From NCBI GenBank assembly GCA_035357435.1, contig DAOPNM010000002.1:1-32000 (forward strand): a DNA stretch of 32,000 nt. The letters are read 5' to 3'. Within the stretch, counting starts at the first letter, position 1. Every line of letters begins with the position of its first letter. The notes under the pieces are model-generated. The model had not been told where the DNA came from and searched no databases. It saw only the letters and a program-made list of their open reading frames with translations. This document shows, one piece after another, positions 8,168-16,679 of this stretch. Position numbers and translations under genes: made by a program. The stretch is from an archaeon (GTDB lineage: Archaea > Iainarchaeota > Iainarchaeia > Iainarchaeales > CSSED10-239).

Positions 8168-9913
8168 TTATTTTGCATTAGTATACTTTAATTTTGCTTT
8201 ATTTATTAATTCTAATTCTTTATCAGAAAAAGAATAATCTAACATCTCTAATTTTTTTATATTCTCATAGGTTAACAATGTTTCTAAAATTGAATCTTCT
8301 ACAAAATCTTTTTCATAAACTGCATCTTTAATAGCAATTGCTGCTTCTTGAAATAAATCTAAATGATCTATTTGTTTCCCATCAACTTCAATTGATTCAA
8401 CAACCCCTACCTCTTTCCCTGTTTTATCAACTACTCTTGCATGAGGGTATAATTTCCCAACTAAAACCTTTACACCAACAATTGCAGGCTTACTTTTTCT
8501 GAAAATATGCTCTTTAAGTATTTGAAATCTACATGGAAATATTATTTCTTTCAAAAGATTTTCTTGTTCCTCTCTATTTATTTTATTTAGCCAATCTAAA
8601 TAATCTTCAACAATTTTATAAATTATATTATTTTTAAAAACAGGAATCTTCAAATTAAGCAATTCATCTTCTAATTCTTTTGGGATATTTACATTAAATA
8701 AAAACAAAACGCCTTTTTTTGGATTCTTTTCATTAAGTACTTTTAACTCCATTATATCTTTCTTAGAAACATCACCAATATCTGACTTCCCTACACAAAT
8801 ATTTTCTTTTTCTAATAATTTTAATAAAGCCTCAAGAGAACCTAAAGTATCTGCCTTAACAAACACTCCTTCTTCATTAGAAACATTACAAAATGTTTGA
8901 ATATTTATATTTAAATGCTCTATTGCTTGTTTATCTTTAGAAGAAGCAATCCAGCTTCCAGGAATTACATTTTCTAAACCAGGTGCAACAATTTTTACAC
9001 CAGATGCAGCACTGACAAATTCAACACTTTCATAATCTTTTTTTTTAATAACACCAGAAATCACTGGTGGCTTTAAAAGTGCTTTTATTTTTGTAAATTT
9101 AACACCATCTCTTGTCAAATATGCAATTTCATCCTTAACTCTTAAAATACCTTGATATAAAATAACGTCAATTGTTGGACCAACACCTTTAATCTCACCA
9201 ACTTCTAAAATTGTGCCTTTGGGATGTTGTGATTCATCAATCACTAAATTCTGCCCCAAAAATCTTTGACTTAAAACACAAAGATACAAAAGAGATTCTG
9301 GTAAGCCCCATCCTTTCAATACAGATGTGGGAATAATTACTATTTGCTTTGTAAAATCTTTTACATAATCATATCTATCTGCTTGAAAACCTAGATCAAA
9401 CAACTGCCCAACAATTTTATAAATTAATTCATCTAATTTCTCTGAAACACTTCTAGATTGATTATTTAAAACATTTGTTACACATTCACCTTCTTGATAC
9501 CAACCAGAAATTAAATCAATTTTATTTGCTAAGATAATAAAGGGGACTTTGTACATTTTCAAGATTTTAATTGACTCTATATCTTGTGCTTGTAAACCTT
9601 TATTAATATCTGTTACAAGGACAACAAGATCTGCTAAACTTCCACCCCTTTCTCTTAAATTATCAAAGACATTATGGCCAGGGGTATCAATAAACAAAAG
9701 ACCTGGAATAGTTAACTCATAATTATATTTTTTAAGAAGATCTCCACAAAAAGAACGGATAACATCTAAGGTAATTTCTGTTGCACCAATATGCTGCGTA
9801 ATCTTTCCTGGTTCTTGTTTTGTTATAGAGGTACCTTTAATTTTGTCTATAAATGTTGTTTTTCCAGAGTCAATGTGACCCATAACTGTAATAATTGGTT
9901 GCCTATACAACAA
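8168..9913 (-). CDS. infB: Translation initiation factor aIF5B (IF-2 family GTPase)
   Basis: G-domain motifs MGHIDSGKTT, DTPGH and NKIDL, followed by beta-barrel and C-terminal domains. There is no in-frame ATG upstream of the G1 motif. TTG codons at 9913 and 9910 sit just after GGTGAT. Confidence 0.95.
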   Translation of the reverse strand: MLYRQPIITVMGHIDSGKTTFIDKIKGTSITKQEPGKITQHIGATEITLDVIRSFCGDLLKKYNYELTIPGLLFIDTPGHNVFDNLRERGGSLADLVVLVTDINKGLQAQDIESIKILKMYKVPFIILANKIDLISGWYQEGECVTNVLNNQSRSVSEKLDELIYKIVGQLFDLGFQADRYDYVKDFTKQIVIIPTSVLKGWGLPESLLYLCVLSQRFLGQNLVIDESQHPKGTILEVGEIKGVGPTIDVILYQGILRVKDEIAYLTRDGVKFTKIKALLKPPVISGVIKKKDYESVEFVSAASGVKIVAPGLENVIPGSWIASSKDKQAIEHLNINIQTFCNVSNEEGVFVKADTLGSLEALLKLLEKENICVGKSDIGDVSKKDIMELKVLNEKNPKKGVLFLFNVNIPKELEDELLNLKIPVFKNNIIYKIVEDYLDWLNKINREEQENLLKEIIFPCRFQILKEHIFRKSKPAIVGVKVLVGKLYPHARVVDKTGKEVGVVESIEVDGKQIDHLDLFQEAAIAIKDAVYEKDFVEDSILETLLTYENIKKLEMLDYSFSDKELELINKAKLKYTNAK

Positions 9914-9934
9914 AAATCACCTATTTTTTATTAA

Positions 9935-10150
9935 CTATTTCGTTGCAGATTTCTTAGATGATGGTTTGGTTCTTTGTTTTTCTAATTGATAAATCTTTGT
10001 CCATTTTGTTTTATGTGGTTTATATTTTTTCTTCAAAAAATTAGATTTCTCTTTTTGAGATAAAAAATAATGTGTTTTTCCATCTTTTTCTGCATAGATA
10101 ATTCCTCTACCAGGAGGAATTTCTTGTCCACTAAATGAGCTTTTTACCAT
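9935..10150 (-). CDS. rpl24e: 50S ribosomal protein L24e (cysteine-free form)
   Basis: SFSGQEIPPGRGIIYAEKDGKTHYF matches the L24e core. It sits in the conserved slot after S28e, with AGGTGAT upstream. Confidence 0.8.
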   Translation of the reverse strand: MVKSSFSGQEIPPGRGIIYAEKDGKTHYFLSQKEKSNFLKKKYKPHKTKWTKIYQLEKQRTKPSSKKSATK

Positions 10151-10156
10151 TTTTTA

Positions 10157-10366
10157 TCACCTACTTGATATATCTTTTGCCTCTGTTTCTGGATTCATTA
10201 AAATTAGGATATCCCCAATTTTTACATTTCCTCTAACATTCCTTTTTTTTACTCGCCCTTTCTCTTGTCCCTCTAATATTTTACAAAGAACTTGCAATGC
10301 CTCTCCTCTAGAACCAGTTCTACCAACAATACTAACAATTTCTGCAGGAACTCCTTCTTCAGACAT
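10157..10366 (-). CDS. rps28e: 30S ribosomal protein S28e
   Basis: PAEIVSIVGRTGSRGEALQVLCKILEG...RNVRGNVKIGDILIL is the typical S28e pattern. Confidence 0.9.
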   Translation of the reverse strand: MSEEGVPAEIVSIVGRTGSRGEALQVLCKILEGQEKGRVKKRNVRGNVKIGDILILMNPETEAKDISSR

Positions 10367-10380
10367 AATAATCTACCTCA

Positions 10381-10950
10381 CTATTTTTCCTCAGATTTTT
10401 TTGGTTTTTTCTCTTTTACAACTTCTTCTTTTTTAACTTCTTGTTTTGGATTCTCTTTTACAACTTCTTCTTTTTTAGATTCTTGTTTTGGATTCTCTTT
10501 TATAACTTCTTCTTTTTTAGCTTCTTGTTTTGGCTTCTCTTTTATAACTTCTTCTTTTTTAGCTTCTTGTTTTGGTTCTACTTTTCCAGTAATCATTTCA
10601 TTAATTTTACTAATTAATGATGATAATTCCTTCTTTGCAATTCCTTCATCTAAAACTGCAATAGAACTTGCTTTTGTAGAAATTCCTACAATATTACCTA
10701 ATTCTTCTCTTGTTTTAACATAAGTAAATGGGATATTCTTTTCTTTTGCAATAATTGGTAAATGCATAACAATCTCTTGAGGAGAAACATCTTCTGCAAT
10801 CACAACTAATTTTGCTTGACCTCTTTCGATCATTTTAGTAACCTCATTTATGCCAATTTTTATTTTCCCTGTTTTTGCAATTTTACGTAAAGTATCCTCT
10901 TGCAATGCTTTTAATTCATCAGATACTTTAAACTTAACAAACTCAGACAT
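10381..10950 (-). CDS. rpl7ae: 50S ribosomal protein L7Ae (K-turn binding) with a repetitive K/E-rich C-terminal extension
   Basis: The L7Ae core is GINEVTKMIERGQAKLVVIAEDVSPQEIVMHLPIIAKEKNIPFTYV. The start is set at the ATG at 10950, preceded by GGAGGT. The 58 upstream codons in the track ORF are AT-rich spacer. Confidence 0.9.
   Translation of the reverse strand: MSEFVKFKVSDELKALQEDTLRKIAKTGKIKIGINEVTKMIERGQAKLVVIAEDVSPQEIVMHLPIIAKEKNIPFTYVKTREELGNIVGISTKASSIAVLDEGIAKKELSSLISKINEMITGKVEPKQEAKKEEVIKEKPKQEAKKEEVIKENPKQESKKEEVVKENPKQEVKKEEVVKEKKPKKSEEK
10411..10578. repeat. Four tandem 42-nt repeats inside the L7Ae 3' region
   Basis: The units are 10411-10452, 10453-10494, 10495-10536 and 10537-10578. 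Units 3 and 4 differ only in their last few bases. They encode a 14-aa unit, roughly KEEV(I/V)KE(K/N)PKQE(A/S/V)K. Confidence 0.9.
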
Positions 10951-11083
10951 ATAAATTACCTCCTTATAGTCATTGGTTTTTAAAATATATTTTTTAAAAA
11001 AAGTATATATAATATATATTACATAACCTTTAAAAAAGAGAATGTTTTTAAATAAAAATAATTTATTTAAAAAACCATTAAAA

Positions 11084-11428
11084 TTAATTTGTTCTTTCTT
11101 TATATAATAAAATAGACATTGCAACTAACAAAGTGCCAAACAAAATAGATAACATAATTATTCTATATTGATATCCAGAAACCTCATTTTCTGCATGCAA
11201 CTGCCACCTTTCTAAATTTGTTTCGCTTGGGCAATCTACAGAATAGGTTTGGCCAGAAAGATATAAAAAAGAATAATCAATATATGAGGATTTACAACCA
11301 TAAATCCTATCTATCTCTAAATGGGCTTCTTCATGAAAAATAGTTTGGGTAATTGTTAAACCAACAACGATAATTGAAAAAAAAATAATTATTAAAAAAA
11401 CATTTTTTCCATCTTGTGTATTAAACAT
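11084..11428 (-). CDS. Small two-TM membrane protein with an HExxH motif (putative minimal zinc metallopeptidase)
   Basis: An N-terminal TM segment is followed immediately by HEEAH. Then come a roughly 60-aa Cys-containing loop, a second H-A-E-N-E stretch and a C-terminal TM segment. I recognise no family. Confidence 0.5.
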   Translation of the reverse strand: MFNTQDGKNVFLIIIFFSIIVVGLTITQTIFHEEAHLEIDRIYGCKSSYIDYSFLYLSGQTYSVDCPSETNLERWQLHAENEVSGYQYRIIMLSILFGTLLVAMSILLYKERTN

Positions 11429-11524
11429 ATAAACATAGTTACTAGAAAAATATTTAAAGAGTATAATTAAACTACAACTAATCTTTAATCATATTAAAAT
11501 ATCACTTTAACCAATATATAAAAT

Positions 11525-11857
11525 ATGACAAAAATCAAAGACAGAAAACAAGAAGAAAAAGAAATTAGAGAGTTTGAGAAAAACTATGTTTTTAAAACCG
11601 ATTATGACACATTAGGCAAAGTAATTGCATCACCAAATAAACAAAAAATACTTTATATACTAAACATTCCAAAAACACCAAAGCAAATTGCAAAAGCAAC
11701 AAATCTTAATTTCCCAACTACATCTAAAACAATAAAAGAATTAGAAACATTAAATCTCATAGAAATAAAAAATAAACAATTAAGAAAAGGGAAAATAATT
11801 GTACTATCAAATAAAGGCAAATGTGTTATGACAGATTTAAAACAAACCCCTGATTAA
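11525..11857 (+). CDS. Winged helix-turn-helix transcriptional regulator (ArsR-like)
   Basis: SPNKQKILYILNIPKTPKQIAKATNLNFPTTSKTIKELETLNLIE fits an ArsR/wHTH recognition-helix layout. It is divergent from the HExxH gene. Confidence 0.65.
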   Translation: MTKIKDRKQEEKEIREFEKNYVFKTDYDTLGKVIASPNKQKILYILNIPKTPKQIAKATNLNFPTTSKTIKELETLNLIEIKNKQLRKGKIIVLSNKGKCVMTDLKQTPD

Positions 11858-11902
11858 AAAAAATAATAAACAATAATTATTAAAAATAATTAAAAAAACT
11901 TT

Positions 11903-11920
11903 TTAAAAAAAAGAAAACAA
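11903..11920 (-). terminator. Oligo-T tract immediately 3' of tRNA-Asn
   Basis: On the minus strand the tRNA is followed by CTTGTTTTCTTTTTTTT. Archaeal RNA polymerase terminates at oligo-T tracts. Confidence 0.45.
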
Positions 11921-11921
11921 G

Positions 11922-11993
11922 CGCCCCAGGTGAGATTCGAACTCACGACCTGTCGGTTAACAGCCGACTGCTCCACCGCTGAGCTACCAGGGC
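11922..11993 (-). tRNA. tRNA-Asn (anticodon GTT), no intron, no encoded CCA
   Basis: Hand-folded cloverleaf: GCCCTGG/TA/GCTC-AGCGGTG-GAGC/A/GTCGG-CTGTTAA-CCGAC/AGGTC/GTGAG-TTCGAAT-CTCAC/CTGGGGC/G. The acceptor stem has 7 bp including two G-T wobbles. It forms a GC-rich island in AT-rich surroundings. Confidence 0.9.
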
Positions 11994-12073
11994 AGTATTT
12001 GCTTTTTATAATGATTTTTTCATACTTCTTATACAATATATATAACAAAACAAATATAAATAATATCACTTTA

Positions 12074-12874
12074 CTAAAAACTAACAAACAACCCTATCGT
12101 AAATAAATCTCTTAAACCAGTTGTAAAACCAAGGATTATAATAAATAATTTAAAATAATTATTTTGATAATTATTTTTAATAACATTATCAATAATATAA
12201 ATCAAAAACAAACAAACTAAAAGTTTAACAACTAAAAATAAAAAGGGAGAAGTAGAAATTAAAAAATTTGGAAGAACATGCTCTTCAACAAAATTGTTTG
12301 GGAAAAAATAAATTGCACAGATTGTTGCAAAACCATCTAATATTTGAGAAAAAAATGCAAATTGGTTTATTTTTGATTTAAACAAATTAATTTTTGTAAA
12401 CTTAAAAACTAAAACAAATAACCACAAACAAAATATAGAAATACCAATTACAAAAAAGAAATAAAAAGAATGGACCAGATTAACTAAACAAAAAAACAAA
12501 AGAGGAACAAGTATAATCAAAAAAATAGTTTGTAAAAATTTATTATAATCCCAAAAAAACTTATTTTTAAAATACAAAGAGATTTCAGAAAACAAAATAA
12601 AAAACAAACCTAATAATAAAAATAATTGAGGATATTGCAAATAAAAATTAAAAGAAAATAGACTAGAAGAAGACTCAACTAATAGAGGAATAGATAAACC
12701 AGGTTCAGAAAACAATCTTAAAAGAGAACCAATAAAAACTAAAAGAAAAACTGTTTTTATAAATGAAAAATCAATTTTTATTTTTCTAAATTTCAAATAT
12801 TTATATGCAAAAAAGAAATATATAAACAATCCTATTAAAGAAAATAAAATAGTATTTAATACAGTGTATGGCAT
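12074..12874 (-). CDS. Multi-pass membrane protein (possibly DUF63 family)
   Basis: About 7 hydrophobic segments. The segment ILDGFATICAIYFF...FVEEHVLPNFL recalls the D..aT / E.H motifs I associate with archaeal DUF63. The family assignment is from memory only. Confidence 0.55.
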   Translation of the reverse strand: MPYTVLNTILFSLIGLFIYFFFAYKYLKFRKIKIDFSFIKTVFLLVFIGSLLRLFSEPGLSIPLLVESSSSLFSFNFYLQYPQLFLLLGLFFILFSEISLYFKNKFFWDYNKFLQTIFLIILVPLLFFCLVNLVHSFYFFFVIGISIFCLWLFVLVFKFTKINLFKSKINQFAFFSQILDGFATICAIYFFPNNFVEEHVLPNFLISTSPFLFLVVKLLVCLFLIYIIDNVIKNNYQNNYFKLFIIILGFTTGLRDLFTIGLFVSF

Positions 12875-13030
12875 AAAATTAAATAAACACCAAACAAATT
12901 AAAAACAATAATAATCTAACTAACAATATATTATAAAAACGAGAATACAAAAAAGATTATTTTTTCAAAAATAATGGAATAGACAAATAACACCCAAAAC
13001 TATTAAAATTGTTATATAATAATTATTTAT

Positions 13031-13876
13031 ATGGAAAACCAAAATTTCAAAAAATTATTACTACAAAAAAAAGTTCCAAAACAAATCGTTTCTCAAATCC
13101 CACGAGCGTATGACATTGTGGGAGATATAATTATTACAAACATAAAAAAAGATATTGCAAAAAAATATAAAAAACAAATTGGAGAAAGCTATTTAGAAAT
13201 ACATAAAAACATAAAAGTTGTATTAAACAAAAAAGAAGAACACAAAGGAGTTTACAGAACACAAAAAATGGAGTTTCTTTATGGGGAAAAAAGAAAAGAA
13301 ACAATATTAAAAGAAAACAATTGCTTAATTAAAGTAGATGTAGAAAAAGTGTTTTTTTCTCCAAGATTAGCAAATGAAAGAAAAAGAATTTCTGAATTGG
13401 TTAAACCAAATGAAAAGGTAGGCGTATTTTTTGCAGGTGTTGGACCTTTTGCACTTACAATTGCTAAAAATAAAAATGTTAAAGAGATTGTGGCAATAGA
13501 ACTAAACCCATTGGCAATAAAATATTTAAAAGAAAATATAAAAATTAACAAATTAGAAAATAAAATAATTCCTGTTTATGGAGATGTTAAAAAAAAAGCA
13601 AAAAAATATCCTAATTATTTTAATAGAATTATAATGCCTTTGCCAAAATCATCAGAACTATTTTTAGATGATGCTATCTTTTCTGTAAAAAATAATGGAA
13701 TTATTCATTTATATGCATTTGTAGAAAAAAGAGACCCATATAATGAAATTACAAAAAAAATAAATGAAAAACAAAAACAAAAAAATATAAAAATAAAAAT
13801 TATAAATAAAAAAATTTTAAGAAGTTACTCTCCCGCAATAATACAAATTGTTTTAGATTTAAAAATAAAAAAATAA
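13031..13876 (+). CDS. trm5: tRNA (guanine37-N1)-methyltransferase Trm5 (Met-10+ like)
   Basis: Contains IPRAYDIVGDIIIT, FSPRLANERKRI, the SAM-binding VFFAGVGPFALTIAKN, and the later MPLPKSS, which may correspond to the NLP-type loop. Confidence 0.85.
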   Translation: MENQNFKKLLLQKKVPKQIVSQIPRAYDIVGDIIITNIKKDIAKKYKKQIGESYLEIHKNIKVVLNKKEEHKGVYRTQKMEFLYGEKRKETILKENNCLIKVDVEKVFFSPRLANERKRISELVKPNEKVGVFFAGVGPFALTIAKNKNVKEIVAIELNPLAIKYLKENIKINKLENKIIPVYGDVKKKAKKYPNYFNRIIMPLPKSSELFLDDAIFSVKNNGIIHLYAFVEKRDPYNEITKKINEKQKQKNIKIKIINKKILRSYSPAIIQIVLDLKIKK

Positions 13877-16117
13877 CTATTTCTTTAATTTTGTTACTTT
13901 CTTTGTAGAAATCTCTTGCTTCTTAATTTTAACTGGTTCTGCCTTTAATGTAATTTTTGGATTTTCTTGAGCTTTAATTTCACGTAGTTCATCAAGATAT
14001 GTTTGCTTCATTTCATTATATGTAAAAGAACTTATTTTCCCTTCCATATATGCTTCATCTAACTCTGCAATTTTTTTATGAATAAATTCTTTTTTATTTT
14101 TTGAATTCCCATGAATTTTAGACAATTGAATAATAAACCCAACTACTACTAAAACCAAAATTATTAAAACTATATAAAATAAAACAGATCTATCTTCTTT
14201 TGCATAAACAGACACATACTGTGTTTGCTGATTTGAATCATTATCTCCTTCTCCAGAAACATTTATATTATCACAATTAATTAAAGAATTATCAGTTATT
14301 CCTGCATCACTCACAATTGTATCTATATCTGCAGATTTATAATAACTTAAAACTTCTGTTTCCACATCATAAATATACTTAGCCATGTTTGTAAGTGTAT
14401 TTGAAACTTTTAACTCTGTTTGCCCATCTATATTATTACCAATATTTGCATAATACTCTGCAGAACTATAAAAATACATGGCATGATCGAAAAACATTTT
14501 AGACCAAACATGCTCATCATTGTTCATTTCAGAAATAGATCTTAATTTATTTTGTAAATCATTATAATTATTAAAAAAAGAATTTTCATCAAAATCAATT
14601 GCTGATTCTTCTTGTTTAGAAACAAGAATTGCATAGGCAGTAGCAGCTTCATATGTTGCAGTAACATACCAACCTTTAGACATATCTAATTTTGCTGCTA
14701 GATATCTCCTTTGAAAATCTTCTTCAGAAACATCTTCTTGAGTAAGTAACACCATCTTATTTTCTATATCTACAAGATATCTTTGAGAAACATCTTTAAA
14801 ATATGTTGATTCTACAAACTTATGTTTTGAATCTGTAATTGCAACATCTAAAAAATCATTTGCTATGTCTACCCAACCAACAGCATAAGAATAATTAATA
14901 ACTTTGTCTAATGGTTCTAATTGTGAAATAGAAAGAGGGTCTTTTAACCTATTTAAATTATTTATAGCCCAAGACAATCTTTCTTTAGCACCTATACACC
15001 ATTCCATTTGATCTAAAGAACATTGTTTTGTTCTCAATTCTGTATCATTAATCATCTTCTCTAAATCATTTAATTTTTTAGAAAATATAACAGATTGAGA
15101 ATCTAAAATAGAAGGATTATCTAAAATCTCTTGTATTGCAGTAATATTTACATTTACTAAAAAACAATAATTTGCAGCAGAATATAAATAATTATTATTT
15201 GAACTTTGTTTTGCAAGATCTAACTCATCTTCTGCATAATCTAAAATTGTTAAAACACCTGGTAAAATTCCACTATTCTTAAGATCTTCTGAAATTCTAT
15301 TTAAATCGTTTTGCATAGCTTTTACTTTTTGTTCTGCATCTGGAATATATTTGTCAACTAAATTACGCATAGGTGTAATAGCTACAGAATATTCTATTTT
15401 TGGTGGAATATATTCCACCTTATTCTCAGGTTTAGAAACATTTATATCAATAGAATTTAAATCTTTAGAAACATAATCAAACATTTCTTCAAGAGTTGAA
15501 ACTTCTACAATTTTCATACCCCATGTTTCATAAGCATAATTTATTAAATCTATTTTTTTTACAGTCCCTTCCTCTGAAATAACTTGCTCTCTATTTCCAA
15601 CAGGAATCATAAACAATTTAATACCCGTTTCTGCTGCTTTTTTAGCTTTATAATAAATACCACCAACATCTCCAACTTTGCCATCTAATGAAACAGTACC
15701 AGTAACACTTACATCTTGTGGAAAATTAATATCCTCAAACATTGTTGCAATCAATAAAGCCATTGCAGCACCAGCCGAAGGACCATCAATAGAATATGCA
15801 GAGGATTCAATATTTATAATAAAATCATATTTACTTTGATCTTCCTTTGCAAGAGACGATGCTACTGCAACAGAATGTTTTACTGATTCTTGAGTATTTG
15901 TTCCAACAAGAGAAGAAATAGAAGGAAGAATCATTCCTTTTCCAGGAATTCTTGCAGGTTCAATTATTATTTCTAGATTTGCTTGTAATGCTGTATTATC
16001 TGAATTAACTGCATAAATTTTCATGTGCCCTTCTGGAATAAGTGCAAAAGTATTTGGAAGGATTAATAATATTAAAAAAAATACAAATAATTTATTTTTA
16101 TTGCTCATAAAAACCAT
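13877..16117 (-). CDS. Secreted, membrane-anchored S16 (Lon-type) serine protease with a large helical ectodomain and a SHOCT-like C-terminal tail
   Basis: Signal peptide KLFVFFLILLILPNTFA. Lon proteolytic-domain motifs IDGPSAGAAMALLIATM and GTVSLDGKVGDVGGIYYKAKKAAETG. About 450 aa of unassigned sequence follow, then a TM segment (VLFYIVLIILVLVVVGFII), then IAELDEAYMEGKISSFTYNEMKQTYLDEL. Confidence 0.8.
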   Translation of the reverse strand: MVFMSNKNKLFVFFLILLILPNTFALIPEGHMKIYAVNSDNTALQANLEIIIEPARIPGKGMILPSISSLVGTNTQESVKHSVAVASSLAKEDQSKYDFIINIESSAYSIDGPSAGAAMALLIATMFEDINFPQDVSVTGTVSLDGKVGDVGGIYYKAKKAAETGIKLFMIPVGNREQVISEEGTVKKIDLINYAYETWGMKIVEVSTLEEMFDYVSKDLNSIDINVSKPENKVEYIPPKIEYSVAITPMRNLVDKYIPDAEQKVKAMQNDLNRISEDLKNSGILPGVLTILDYAEDELDLAKQSSNNNYLYSAANYCFLVNVNITAIQEILDNPSILDSQSVIFSKKLNDLEKMINDTELRTKQCSLDQMEWCIGAKERLSWAINNLNRLKDPLSISQLEPLDKVINYSYAVGWVDIANDFLDVAITDSKHKFVESTYFKDVSQRYLVDIENKMVLLTQEDVSEEDFQRRYLAAKLDMSKGWYVTATYEAATAYAILVSKQEESAIDFDENSFFNNYNDLQNKLRSISEMNNDEHVWSKMFFDHAMYFYSSAEYYANIGNNIDGQTELKVSNTLTNMAKYIYDVETEVLSYYKSADIDTIVSDAGITDNSLINCDNINVSGEGDNDSNQQTQYVSVYAKEDRSVLFYIVLIILVLVVVGFIIQLSKIHGNSKNKKEFIHKKIAELDEAYMEGKISSFTYNEMKQTYLDELREIKAQENPKITLKAEPVKIKKQEISTKKVTKLKK

Positions 16118-16190
16118 AAATATTCATAATTTAGATCTATCAAATTATTATATATTAAAATCATTTTTATAACTATCTTTTTTTAAAAAA

Positions 16191-16679
16191 CTATTTTTTC
16201 TTAAATTTATTTCCAAAAAGAACATCAAACTTCTTAGTAGTTACGAGAATGTGTTTTTTTCCAGATTTTTGAACACTAATTAAATCTAAATCTTTCAAAA
16301 TAGCTAAATGATCATATGGCCTTTTTTCAATAATTTTAGATTGTGGTACTGGTGCATTTAATGCAATATATGCTAATGTTTTTAATTGACCTTTTGAAAG
16401 AGTTGTGCCTGTTGCAAAAATATTAAATGATTGAAATTCTGGTTTTATTACCATTTCTAATTTATCATTCTCAAAAATAATTGAAATTGATGTTTGCTTT
16501 TTATTATATTCTTGAATCAACTCTTGAATACAAACATCAATAACATCTCTATCTAAACCAGGCAAAGCAGAATAAATCTTTTTTACATGCACACTCTTTG
16601 GAGCCATAAAAAGAATTGCTTCTATTCCTTTTTTTATATAATTAGAATCTTTTTCAACCATAATTTCTCTAAAAATCAA
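16191..16679 (-). CDS. scpB: Segregation and condensation protein B (ScpB)
   Basis: GIEAILFMAPKSV...LSKGQLKTLAYIALNAPVPQSKIIEKR...LDLISV...TTKKFDVLFG follows the double winged-helix ScpB pattern. The start overlaps the upstream gene by 4 nt. Confidence 0.85.
   Translation of the reverse strand: MIFREIMVEKDSNYIKKGIEAILFMAPKSVHVKKIYSALPGLDRDVIDVCIQELIQEYNKKQTSISIIFENDKLEMVIKPEFQSFNIFATGTTLSKGQLKTLAYIALNAPVPQSKIIEKRPYDHLAILKDLDLISVQKSGKKHILVTTKKFDVLFGNKFKKK

Noticed and set aside
10292-10723. A 143-aa plus-strand ORF with a striking repetitive peptide (SSFL.SCFGFSF...), and the possibility that the 42-nt repeats are a CRISPR array.
   Set aside because: It is the antisense shadow of the L7Ae repeat tail. 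The repeats are directly tandem with no spacers and are in frame within rpl7ae.
10951-11124. N-terminal extensions of track ORFs: the 58 extra codons on L7Ae, and likewise 2145-2213 on GT2, 6061-6084 on Rpo7, 8117-8125 on S6e and 20425-20436 on Rpo4.
   Set aside because: The internal ATGs are preceded by GGAGGT/AGGTGA-type SD sites and match the family N-termini. The extensions are hydrophobic AT-rich read-through or begin at non-ATG codons.
11890-12087. A 65-aa minus-strand ORF.
   Set aside because: It reads straight through tRNA-Asn (11922-11993), and the peptide CPGSSAVEQSAVNRQVVSSNLTWGA is simply the translated tRNA.
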